Part shown: positions 1-8,726 of the stretch, piece after piece
Layout of the letters: every line of letters begins with the position of its first letter
Numbering within the stretch: the first letter of the stretch is position 1
The notes under the pieces: model-generated
Databases searched by the model: none
What the model saw: the letters and a program-made list of their open reading frames with translations, nothing else
What the model was told of the DNA's origin: nothing
Source: an uncultured Mycoplasmatota bacterium
GTDB taxonomy: Bacteria > Bacillota_I > Bacilli_A > RF39 > UBA660
NCBI GenBank assembly: GCA_900551525.1
Contig: URWD01000003.1
Span: 1-56,778 of the forward strand
DNA length: 56,778 nt
Direction: 5' to 3'
Made by a program: the position numbers and the translations under genes

Positions 1-670
1 CATAAATAGTTTCTTTTTTATGTATTTCTTCATAAACTTCTTTTAAAAGTTCAAATAATAGAATATGAAGAAGCATTCCACATGTCAGGGATAAAATGAT
101 AATTTCTAAGTTTTTGCTTAAACTTCCAAATATACTAAAGATTAAACCTCCAATAAAACCAGATAAAACAAGTAATATAACGAGTGTTATATTTTTTTTA
201 TTTTTAAGTGATGGAGCTATTTGAAAACCAAATGGCAAATTATGAAGTCCAATTCCTATTAACATTATTAACCCACTTTTTATATTACTTGTGGACACTC
301 CGTATAATGCCATACCTTCGATTATATTATGAAGTAAAAGAGCAATTATTGTTATAAGGCTAACATGTTCCATGTGCTCTATATGTTCTTTTTTCTCTTC
401 ATCGTTTTCATGGTGTTCATGTTCATGATGAGGAAGTAATCTATCAATGAAGATTAATGCAAGTAAACCAATACCTATAAAAATAATTGACCATAAGTTA
501 CTTGCCTCAATTATTTCAGGTACCAAATCAAATGATATGAGTCCAATTATAACCACACAAGCACAGGCAATTGACATTCTAGAAAATGCAACTTTATTAG
601 AAATATATTTATAAACAATTATGCCAATCAAAAAAAATAAACCACTAAAAAGCGTTAATAACAAAGCCAT
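1..670 (-). CDS. ZIP family metal (zinc-type) transporter; the 3' end runs off the window start
   Basis: Absent from the ORF track because it is open to the window edge. My translation from the ATG at 668-670 gives MALLLTLFSGLFF..., multi-TM, with a His-rich loop HHEHEHHENDEEKKEH and ZIP-like motifs HNIIEG and GLHNLPFG. RBS AAGAGGAA lies upstream. Confidence 0.75.
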   Translation of the reverse strand, partial: MALLLTLFSGLFFLIGIIVYKYISNKVAFSRMSIACACVVIIGLISFDLVPEIIEASNLWSIIFIGIGLLALIFIDRLLPHHEHEHHENDEEKKEHIEHMEHVSLITIIALLLHNIIEGMALYGVSTSNIKSGLIMLIGIGLHNLPFGFQIAPSLKNKKNITLVILLVLSGFIGGLIFSIFGSLSKNLEIIILSLTCGMLLHILLFELLKEVYEEIHKKETIY

Positions 671-694
671 ACTTAATTCCTCTTTTCTTTATGT

Positions 695-723
695 ATTTTA
701 CCAAAATTATGGTATTTAATCAA
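695..723 (-). promoter_or_regulatory. Sigma-A type promoter for the ZIP transporter gene
   Basis: On the minus strand: TTGATT, 17 nt, TAAAAT with TG at -15/-14, about 25 nt upstream of the start codon. Confidence 0.5.
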
Positions 724-843
724 GAATTTTTAGAAATAATAATTTGGCTATTAAAAAAATTCATTTTCTCAGATAAGTAAATAAGTTTTTATTCAGAATG
801 AATTATAAGAAACTCTAAGGCAACATTAGGTTTATGATATCTT

Positions 844-861
844 CATGTTATTAATAACATG
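844..861. repeat. Perfect 18-bp palindrome CATGTTATTAATAACATG
   Basis: Read directly. It lies between the terminator of the 939-1577 gene and the ZIP gene promoter. Confidence 0.9.
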
Positions 862-903
862 GTTATGTTAAAACAAATATGGTATATATTTTTTATCACC
901 AAT

Positions 904-922
904 AAAAAAAGGACCGAAGTCC
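904..922 (-). terminator. Intrinsic terminator of the 939-1577 gene
   Basis: Minus strand GGAC-UUCG-GUCC hairpin followed by U7, 17 nt after the stop codon. The stem is short. Confidence 0.5.
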
Positions 923-938
923 ATTTTTATTTTCTTAA

Positions 939-1577
939 TTAAGCACAATTAGCTTTATCAAATTTTAATACACCAGTTAAATTTTTACCAGTATTAGTAT
1001 TTTGATCACTATCTAAGTTAATTAGTGTAACTGTAGTTTTCCAAGCTTCTGTAACTGTAGCTCCAGCAGCAGCTGTAATTTTGTGAACATAATTAGTTTC
1101 ACCAGCAGTTGTAGGGATTTTAATTTCACCTTTTTTAGTAGTGATATCCATAGCAGCGATAACAGCTGTTCCTTCTTTAGTTACATCTAATGTTAATTCA
1201 GGTGTACTTTCATCAACAGTATATACAAAATCGTTTGCTGTAATATTTAGAGAAACACTATAGCAAAATTGTAAATCAGCAGCATCTGGTGTTTGTCCTC
1301 CAGCAGCGCCTGGAGCAGTAAATGATACAGTACCATTTGATGAACCAGTAGCATTTCCTTTACCTTGAGCAAATGTTGTTGCATCAGCATAAATATTAAT
1401 TGCTCCATCAATAGCAAAAGATGAATTTCCGGCAGTACCAGTTATAACGTTAACTTGTTTAGAAACTGCGTCTCCTCCTTGTGCAGTGAAGTAAGCGAAT
1501 GTTGCACCTACAACAGCAACTAATAATGTTGCAACTGCGATTACTGTTAATAGGATAGTATTTTTTTTGTTATCCAT
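939..1577 (-). CDS. Secreted protein with a SipW/TasA-type N-terminal signal (..VVGATFAYFTAQGG)
   Basis: 212-aa ORF with RBS AAGGAAG. The N-terminal hydrophobic anchor ends in the aromatic motif TFAYFT, typical of TasA/camelysin-class signal peptides. The mature part is Gly/Thr/Ala-rich and predicted beta-rich. Confidence 0.6.
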   Translation of the reverse strand: MDNKKNTILLTVIAVATLLVAVVGATFAYFTAQGGDAVSKQVNVITGTAGNSSFAIDGAINIYADATTFAQGKGNATGSSNGTVSFTAPGAAGGQTPDAADLQFCYSVSLNITANDFVYTVDESTPELTLDVTKEGTAVIAAMDITTKKGEIKIPTTAGETNYVHKITAAAGATVTEAWKTTVTLINLDSDQNTNTGKNLTGVLKFDKANCA

Positions 1578-1697
1578 AATTCTTCCTTATCTCCTCTCTA
1601 TCTTAATATTACCATTTTATATTTTAAAAATCAACCCTTAAGTAGAAATTTTTTAAAATTTTTTTCACTTTGTTTTCACATTACATTTTTTAGTAAA

Positions 1698-1727
1698 ATT
1701 GAGTTTACAATACAATGTAAACTCAAT
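1698..1727 (-). terminator. Intrinsic terminator of the 1732-2859 gene
   Basis: ATTGAGTTTACA / TGTAAACTCAAT 12-bp stem followed by a U-rich tract on the minus strand, immediately after the stop codon. Confidence 0.7.
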
Positions 1728-1731
1728 TCTA

Positions 1732-2859
1732 TTATAAACTCATTGTGAACGTTTTATTTGTTGTATCAAGTACTATTTTCATTCCTGATATGGAAGTTGT
1801 TCCGCCACCAACAAATTTGTAAGTTGGATAAAGGTTTCCACTTGAAATACTAGCAGCACTACTATAAGTATCAATGTTATTTTTCTTAATTATTTTACTT
1901 ATAGTTGTTCCATAACTATTTGCAACAGTATATATATTGCTTCCACTAAAAGTATTTCCTAAACTTGTTAAACTATTACTTGCTTTTTCTTCAACAGTTA
2001 GATTACCACTATAAACTACATTGTTATATGTTATATCTAAGTTATAAACTCCTGGATAAACGCCAGTTAAGCTAAACGCTCCACTTGATGATGTAGTACT
2101 TGTTACTGAACCATTTTGTAAACTTACTACTGCTCCACTTAAATTGTTTGTGCCATCAGTTATTGTTCCATTTAGGGTATAATTCATTTTGGCATTAACT
2201 ACTTCAGCTACTATTTCAGCATTTACATAAAAGTAAGAGTAACTTGCTGCAGATATTGCTTTATCACTTAACCATAGCTTTATTCTATAAGTTTTTGTAG
2301 AATTAGAGCTGGATGTACTACCTAAAGTATCAAATAAAATACTATATCTATTGTTTCTACTATCAGAATTATCTATTTTATAAATTGGTAAATCAGTTAC
2401 ACTAAGTGGTCCAGCTACTAATGTATCTGCAGTCCCTGCACCATTATATTCATATACAGCAAACCTAACATAATCAAGTGGTGTCAACATATCTGTGTCT
2501 TTATAGCCAGTTCTTGATGTAAAATTTTCTATATCATAGCCAATATTCATAACATAAGTTGAATCTAATGTACCTGTATTTTGAATATAAATGACACTTA
2601 CATCATTTTGATTCATACCTTCGGCATCTGACATTGGTGTTAAACTATTATTTCTTTGAATTGCTGAGGTTTCACTACCATATGAAACTTTTAGTGTACC
2701 TGTTGTAATACTTTGGTTAGTGGTATTAGTTTTAACAGAAAAGAATGATGCATAACTAAATCCAATTGAGGCAATCGTTAAACAAAATACACAAACTGCT
2801 ATAATAAAATTTTTATTTTTAACAAATTTATTAACTTTTTCCCAATTTATTTTCTTCAC
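1732..2859 (-). CDS. TasA/camelysin-like secreted protein with a C-terminal carboxypeptidase-regulatory-like beta domain
   Basis: 375 aa, GTG start with RBS AGGTGAT. The anchor ends in SYASFFSV followed by TGTLKVS (compare the TasA GTLDLS block). The C-terminus (GAVVSLQNGSVTSTTSSSGAFSLTGVYPGVYNLDI) resembles the CarboxypepD_reg fold. Confidence 0.55.
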   Translation of the reverse strand: MKKINWEKVNKFVKNKNFIIAVCVFCLTIASIGFSYASFFSVKTNTTNQSITTGTLKVSYGSETSAIQRNNSLTPMSDAEGMNQNDVSVIYIQNTGTLDSTYVMNIGYDIENFTSRTGYKDTDMLTPLDYVRFAVYEYNGAGTADTLVAGPLSVTDLPIYKIDNSDSRNNRYSILFDTLGSTSSSNSTKTYRIKLWLSDKAISAASYSYFYVNAEIVAEVVNAKMNYTLNGTITDGTNNLSGAVVSLQNGSVTSTTSSSGAFSLTGVYPGVYNLDITYNNVVYSGNLTVEEKASNSLTSLGNTFSGSNIYTVANSYGTTISKIIKKNNIDTYSSAASISSGNLYPTYKFVGGGTTSISGMKIVLDTTNKTFTMSL

Positions 2860-2920
2860 TATCTATCACCTAATATTATAATACCACAAAATATTTTCAA
2901 ATAAAAGAAAAAGTTATTTT

Positions 2921-5011
2921 TTATCTAACTTTTGTCTTTTTTGTTTTTAAATATTTATCTAAGCCTCTGAAACCTTGGTTTTCATAATCAAAATCTTTAA
3001 CTAATGAGTAATCCTCAATACCCTTTTTATCTAAATATTCTTTAATCATTTCTTCAGTAATATTATTATAGTTTATTTTAGCTGTAATTCTAGCTAAAAA
3101 CTCTTTACTAAAACTATCTTGATAATTACTTTTACCTTTCATAAATCCTATTTTTTGATTAATCATTGCATTACTTGTCATAAAGATATAAGTATTTTTA
3201 AAATCTATTTTTTCTCCCTTAGAATTGGTTACGTATCCTTCGTCTAAGATTTGTAAAAATAAATTAATAACATTTGGATGAGCTTTCTCAAGTTCATCTA
3301 ATAAAATAATAGAATGCGGATTCATACGTACCTTTTCAAATATATTTTCATCATCATAACCAACATATCCTGCACTAGCACCTATTAATCTAGTTATAGA
3401 CACACTTTCGTTATATTCACTTAAGTCTAGTCTTATTAAAGGTATATCCAGATATTTTGCTATTTCTTTGACAGTTTTAGTTTTACCTACTCCAGTTGAA
3501 CCTGTAAGTAAAATGGATACTGGTAAATCTTCTTCTTTTTGTTTTAGAGCATTTATTATTTCTCTAACCACATTATTTTGGCCAATTATATTATCAAGTA
3601 AATAATTTTCTAAATCCTTAAAGTCATTTTCAATAAATGGTATATTATTTTTTCTTTCTAACATTTCTTTTATATCTTTTGCTGTTATTTTATTTGGTGT
3701 ATTTTCTTCTTTATCTATTTTTTCTTGCAATTTTATTTCCATACTTCGGTATTTTAATGCTTCATCAAAATTATTTTTCTTTACCATATTTTCTTTTTTC
3801 TTAACAATATTAAGTAGTTTATCTTTTAACTTAGAAATATCTTTTTCTTTAGTACTTTCTACTTCTTTCATAGCACATACGCTATCTAATAAATCAATTG
3901 ATTTATCAGGATTAAATCTATCTAAAACATATCTATCTGTTAAAGATACTATATTCTTTATATTTTCTTCAGTTATCTTTATATTATAATGTTTTTCAAA
4001 TGATGGTCTTATCTTTGATAATATGTTTTCTGTTTCTTTAATAGTTGGTTCATTTATTTTTATTATTTCAAATCTTCTTGATAAAGCTTTATCTTTGGCA
4101 ATAAATTTATTGTATTCATTTGTGGTTGTTGCTCCGATTATTTTTACTTTTCCACGTGCTAAATAAGGTTTAAGGATATCACTTGCATTTATTGCTCCTT
4201 CTGCACCACCAGCATTAGCCATCGTATGAATTTCATCAATAAATAATATTATTTCTGGATTTTCTTCAATTTCTTTAATTACTTTATTTAATTTTTCTTC
4301 AAATTCTCCACGATATTTAGTACCTGCAACTAGCGAAGACATTTCAAGTGATACTATTTTTTTATCCTTTAATTTATTTGGAACGTTACCACTTTTAATT
4401 CTTCTTGCAAGTTCTTCAATAATAGCACTTTTCCCTACTCCGGCTGGACCTATTAATAGAGGATTATTTTTATTTTTACGAAGTAATGTTTCTATTATTA
4501 AGTTTAATTCTTTTTCTCTACCTACTAAAATATCATCACTATTTATTTCTGACATATCTTTACCAATATTATATAATTCTAGCTTAGTATTACCTTTTTT
4601 ATGTTTCTTTTTTATTTCATCATAAAGTTTATCAATATCAATACCCATGCTAATTATAATTCTAATAGCTATACCTTCTCCTTCTTCTAAAATTGCTTCT
4701 AGAAGATGCATTGGTTCTATCATTTTATTTTTAGATATTTCATCTGCTGTTTTTATTACTCTTTTTAAAAGTGGTGTGTAAATACAAGTACATTTTTTAT
4801 TTTCACTTGTTCCCACGACTAAAAGAAGTTCATCTAAAAACTCATCATATGTTAAATCGTATTTTAATAATATTTTCTTTATTTTATCATCATTATTTAT
4901 CAAACTTAATAATAAATGTTCTGTTCCTATATAAGGATGATTTAAATCAATTGCTATTTTTTCTGCATCTTTAAATATTCTTTTTACTTCTAAACTATAA
5001 TTATTGTACAT
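2921..5011 (-). CDS. clpC: ATP-dependent Clp protease ATP-binding subunit, ClpC-like (two AAA+ modules)
   Basis: Clp_N repeats (GTEHLLLSL), Walker A GPAGVGKSA and GSTGVGKTK, Walker B ILFIDEIH and ILLDELEKAH, UVR-like linker FDEALKYRSMEIKLQ, IGF loop. RBS GGGAGG. At 696 aa it is shorter than typical ClpC. Confidence 0.85.
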   Translation of the reverse strand: MYNNYSLEVKRIFKDAEKIAIDLNHPYIGTEHLLLSLINNDDKIKKILLKYDLTYDEFLDELLLVVGTSENKKCTCIYTPLLKRVIKTADEISKNKMIEPMHLLEAILEEGEGIAIRIIISMGIDIDKLYDEIKKKHKKGNTKLELYNIGKDMSEINSDDILVGREKELNLIIETLLRKNKNNPLLIGPAGVGKSAIIEELARRIKSGNVPNKLKDKKIVSLEMSSLVAGTKYRGEFEEKLNKVIKEIEENPEIILFIDEIHTMANAGGAEGAINASDILKPYLARGKVKIIGATTTNEYNKFIAKDKALSRRFEIIKINEPTIKETENILSKIRPSFEKHYNIKITEENIKNIVSLTDRYVLDRFNPDKSIDLLDSVCAMKEVESTKEKDISKLKDKLLNIVKKKENMVKKNNFDEALKYRSMEIKLQEKIDKEENTPNKITAKDIKEMLERKNNIPFIENDFKDLENYLLDNIIGQNNVVREIINALKQKEEDLPVSILLTGSTGVGKTKTVKEIAKYLDIPLIRLDLSEYNESVSITRLIGASAGYVGYDDENIFEKVRMNPHSIILLDELEKAHPNVINLFLQILDEGYVTNSKGEKIDFKNTYIFMTSNAMINQKIGFMKGKSNYQDSFSKEFLARITAKINYNNITEEMIKEYLDKKGIEDYSLVKDFDYENQGFRGLDKYLKTKKTKVR

Positions 5012-5055
5012 AGAAGCCTCCCTTTTATAATTCTATGTACGTTATGGTAAAAATT

Positions 5056-5730
5056 TTATTGTTTTATACAAGTTTGGTTATTTTCTCCGATTATTTTCAT
5101 ACTTGTTGGATATCTATTTAATATAGCAAAAGTTTCTATAAATTTAAAATTAGATAAAAGTCTTAATATATAATTTAAATCACTTTTTAACATATCATGA
5201 TTAATAGTAAATTCATAACTTCTATTTATGTTTTTGCTCTTGTATGTTACTTTTATCCACATATGCTTAAGGGGATATTTTTCAGAAATAAGTCTTGTTT
5301 TCTTATCATCCTTATTTATAGTTATATTTAATTCATAAGATATTTCTTCTTTGTCTTTACATATATTTGTCATTCTTTTTTCATAAATGTTTTCTTCATC
5401 TTCAAACACTTCGTAATTATCTAAAGAAATTTTGTTTTTGAGAAAATGGACTACAATTGGTGTTTCTTTAGAATATATTTCAACTTCATCATGTTCTAAA
5501 CTTTCCATACTTGGATTAATTATTATTCTTGTATCACTTAGAGAAAATAACCTTTCTATTTCCTTTAGTATATTGTCATTTACAATGTTATTATTTAATC
5601 CAATTATTTCTAAGTAGTTTATAGGAGTTATCCCTAGCTTATTTAAGGCATCACTTAAACTAATGCTTTCTTTATCGCATTTTCTATTAATTCTTGAAAT
5701 GATTGTTTTAACTTTTCTAATATCTTCCAT
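5056..5730 (-). CDS. Hypothetical protein (224 aa)
   Basis: Long ORF co-oriented downstream of clpC. No recognisable motif and no clear RBS. Confidence 0.5.
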   Translation of the reverse strand: MEDIRKVKTIISRINRKCDKESISLSDALNKLGITPINYLEIIGLNNNIVNDNILKEIERLFSLSDTRIIINPSMESLEHDEVEIYSKETPIVVHFLKNKISLDNYEVFEDEENIYEKRMTNICKDKEEISYELNITINKDDKKTRLISEKYPLKHMWIKVTYKSKNINRSYEFTINHDMLKSDLNYILRLLSNFKFIETFAILNRYPTSMKIIGENNQTCIKQ

Positions 5731-5755
5731 AATTTTAGTATACTACATTTTTAAA

Positions 5756-5782
5756 AGAAAAAAAACTATAAATTCTATAGTT
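5756..5782 (-). terminator. Intrinsic terminator (hairpin AACTATA/TATAGTT plus U8 on the minus strand)
   Basis: Read directly. It overlaps the stop codon of the 5781-6014 ORF. Confidence 0.6.
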
Positions 5783-6014
5783 ATTTTTTCAAGTCTTTGA
5801 TTTGTTTTGCAGATAATCCAGTTATTTTGGCAATGGTATTAACATCAATATTTTCTTTAAGCATTTTAATTGCTGTTTGCATATTATTTTGTTCTATACC
5901 TTGGGCTTCGCCAAGTTCATAATAAGATTGTTTTAATAGTTCTTCACGATTATAAGGTAAAGCAGCATCAAAACTCAATGTTAATTTCTTAGCTTCATCA
6001 ATTATTTTATCCAT
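5781..6014 (-). CDS. Small protein resembling only the C-terminal tail of Rpn/YhgA-like PD-(D/E)XK putative transposase proteins
   Basis: The tail ..GEAQGIEQNNMQTAIKMLKENIDVNTIAKITGLSAKQIKDLKK matches the characteristic C-terminal helix-turn-helix-like end of that family. No nuclease domain lies upstream. The likely start is the ATG at 6014, rather than the GTG at 6035 used by the track. Confidence 0.4.
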   Translation of the reverse strand: MDKIIDEAKKLTLSFDAALPYNREELLKQSYYELGEAQGIEQNNMQTAIKMLKENIDVNTIAKITGLSAKQIKDLKK

Positions 6015-6098
6015 AAACACATATCCATTACACACACTATCTAATTCTTCTTGATATAAGTTTAACTTATATTCATTAATTTTTCAAGATTAATCTAA

Positions 6099-6126
6099 CT
6101 AAAAAAGAGCTCATTTCTGAACTCTT
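6099..6126 (-). terminator. Intrinsic terminator of the 6125-7729 gene
   Basis: Minus strand AAGAGTTCA-GAAA-TGAGCTCTT followed by U6. It overlaps the stop codon. Confidence 0.65.
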
Positions 6127-7729
6127 AGATATAAGTTACTACTGTAAATAATACAAGTAATATAATGATCATACCAACTACATATAACCAAATATATTTG
6201 AACCAATCTTTGTAACTTACTTTCATCATTGAAAGACCTAGTACTAACATGGCACTTATTGGTACGAATATTTGAACAATACCATACATTGATGTAAATA
6301 TTGTATGAACAATTTCAATATTATCAGCATAAACAGAAGTTAGGAAACTTCCAATTGTATAAGCAACATATCCAAAATCACTATGGAATATTGAAGTTAT
6401 AAATGCTACTATTGAAGTTAAATATGGATTAAATCCTTCAACAAGATTTAGAATCCAATTAAATACGGAATTAAGTGGTGAACCAGAAATATAACTTGCT
6501 GCAAAAATTAGATTTGCAAATATCAAGAATAATAATGGTTTAAACATTTTCTTAGTTCCTTCATAGAAACTTTCAACATATTCATCAAAACTCATCTTAT
6601 ACAAGAATGCTAATAATGCACTTACAATAAGTAGAACTATTAAAATGTTAAATACATATTGGAAACTACCTAATGCATTTGCATTAGCACCAAGAATGTA
6701 TTGAATTATATAAAATTCACTACCAGCTTCTAGTCCAGTTAACCATTCATGGAATTTGTCAAAGATTTCAATTCCAAAAATAGTATTCCAATTAATGTAA
6801 CCAAGTATTGTAATTATAACTGAAATTGCTAAAACTATGATGGCAGGTAACATTTTTGTTTTACCTTTGTTAGATGCTTTTTCTACTTCAAATATATCAT
6901 TTTCTTTATTAGCATTTTTTGCATTTTTCTTCATATCATCAGATATTTTGCGAACACGCATTACAATGAAGAAATTATATAGAACAATAGCAACTGCAGC
7001 AATCATATAACGATAATTTAAGCCAAGTTTAACATCTTGAGCTAAATAATTATTAAATGCTGCTAGACTATCAGTTCCATAAGTACAACCTAGAATACCA
7101 ACTAAAGCACTACCAAATGTTATAACAAATACAGTTAATTTGTCCATACCCATTTTTGATAAAATTGTAACAAAGAATGGGATGAATAATAAAACTATAA
7201 GTGTTTGTGAGAATAATGAAGTAAATACAAATAGTATTACACTTATTATTACACTAGTAACAATTGGATGTTTACCAAATTTTTCTGCTAAACTGTCAGT
7301 TAATTTTTGATATCCACTAATGTGAGATAATACTCCATAGAAACCACATACAACAAGTAGTAATGGAATTTTATCCATCATGAAATATACTGAATAATAT
7401 AGCATAAAACCAATATCAGTTAGCCCTATACGAGTAAAGTCCTTATCAACAAAATCAGAACCTTGGAACATACCACTTGTAAATAACCATGAAGCAATTA
7501 TTCCTGCTATTACAAGAACTAAAATACTTTTTGCTAGTGTATGTTTTTCACTTTTAAGAGCAATCATCATGCTTCCAACTATAAATAGAACCATTCCAAT
7601 AACTTTTAATATCATATCTGGATTAGTTCCTTCAACAAATGCTGCAACTATAAATAATATAAACGCAACAATGTCCATTAAAGCACCTATACATCTTAAT
7701 ACGCCTTGTTTTTCAAATATTTTTTTCAT
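6125..7729 (-). CDS. Polytopic membrane transporter, YfcC/DcuC-like (putative amino-acid or C4 carrier family)
   Basis: 534 aa with more than 10 predicted TM segments and RBS GGAGG. The family assignment rests on overall pattern only. Confidence 0.5.
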   Translation of the reverse strand: MKKIFEKQGVLRCIGALMDIVAFILFIVAAFVEGTNPDMILKVIGMVLFIVGSMMIALKSEKHTLAKSILVLVIAGIIASWLFTSGMFQGSDFVDKDFTRIGLTDIGFMLYYSVYFMMDKIPLLLVVCGFYGVLSHISGYQKLTDSLAEKFGKHPIVTSVIISVILFVFTSLFSQTLIVLLFIPFFVTILSKMGMDKLTVFVITFGSALVGILGCTYGTDSLAAFNNYLAQDVKLGLNYRYMIAAVAIVLYNFFIVMRVRKISDDMKKNAKNANKENDIFEVEKASNKGKTKMLPAIIVLAISVIITILGYINWNTIFGIEIFDKFHEWLTGLEAGSEFYIIQYILGANANALGSFQYVFNILIVLLIVSALLAFLYKMSFDEYVESFYEGTKKMFKPLLFLIFANLIFAASYISGSPLNSVFNWILNLVEGFNPYLTSIVAFITSIFHSDFGYVAYTIGSFLTSVYADNIEIVHTIFTSMYGIVQIFVPISAMLVLGLSMMKVSYKDWFKYIWLYVVGMIIILLVLFTVVTYI

Positions 7730-7805
7730 TCTCTACCTCCTTACCTATGATTATAACACCCAAATAAAAGAAAAAAAAGTATTTTCATACTTTTTTCACA
7801 TAAAA

Positions 7806-8711
7806 TTATCTGCCAAAACTTAAAAATTGAGGAATATCTTTATCGTTGTCATAACTATTTATGGCTTCATATAGTAAATCATACGCTATTTTTTGACCTA
7901 CGTTTTTCTTTAACATTTCCAATAAAAATTCAAATTTTTGCTTAACTAAATTTCCATAATTCTTAGAAACTATAACAAATGAAGCTCTCATTAAGCAACT
8001 ATTAAATATTGCTTCATGGTATTTATCAGGGGTATAAAATACATTGTTATCTAACTCTACTAATTTATCGGCAAGAACAGGAAAGAAATTACTTACTTCT
8101 GTTGTCTTTATCATTTCACTTAAAAATTTTTCTGAATCATCTATTAAAAGTAAACCATTTTCCATGTATGGATGAGGATTAATTTCAAAATTATCTCTTA
8201 TAAGTTCTTTTTCAATACTTCTCATACTAAGTGCCATTTGATACTTAATTTTTGTTTTTTCTTTTTTATCACTAATATGATTATTTATATCAAAAATAGC
8301 TAAAGCCAATTTTATTATATCATTATAAATTGAAGTTACATACAAAGCACTAGGAAAATCTTCACCATTTAATATTTGTGATATTCTAATTTGGTGTAAA
8401 TCATTGGACATTCTTGCTTTCTTAATATCACATTCCTTACAGGAAAAATTTATATTAATTCCTGCTTTAGTTTCAAATTTATTTTCTATGTAACTTATTA
8501 TTTCTTCAAGATCACCAGATACTTTAAATCTTTCTAAAATATTTTCTTCAATAGTAATACAACTTTTTAAATTTTCTAATTCTTCCTTATACTCTTTACT
8601 TTCTTTTGAATTTTTAAATTCTAATTCTGTTAATTTTCTATAACTTACATTTATACTATTAATTATATTTCCAAACATTTCAATGTCATTTAATGCTCCA
8701 TTTTTTAACAT
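7806..8711 (-). CDS. Hypothetical helical protein, paralog of the adjacent 8727-9707 gene
   Basis: RBS AGGGAG. It shares blocks with its neighbour: IKYQMALSM..EKELIRDNFEINPHPYM vs IKYNLALTI..EKELLETNFEISENPYL, LHQIRISQIL vs LYQIRIMNKI, and CLMRASFVIV vs SIRACLVMLD. Confidence 0.6.
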   Translation of the reverse strand: MLKNGALNDIEMFGNIINSINVSYRKLTELEFKNSKESKEYKEELENLKSCITIEENILERFKVSGDLEEIISYIENKFETKAGININFSCKECDIKKARMSNDLHQIRISQILNGEDFPSALYVTSIYNDIIKLALAIFDINNHISDKKEKTKIKYQMALSMRSIEKELIRDNFEINPHPYMENGLLLIDDSEKFLSEMIKTTEVSNFFPVLADKLVELDNNVFYTPDKYHEAIFNSCLMRASFVIVSKNYGNLVKQKFEFLLEMLKKNVGQKIAYDLLYEAINSYDNDKDIPQFLSFGR

Positions 8712-8726
8712 ATATATTCTCCCTTT

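Noticed and set aside
1561-1568. A8/T8 homopolymers at the 5' ends of several surface-protein genes as phase-variation switches
   Set aside because: Lys-rich N-termini (AAA codons) are ubiquitous in this AT-rich genome. The tracts are short and there is no evidence of frameshifted variants, except the separate case at 26567-26570.
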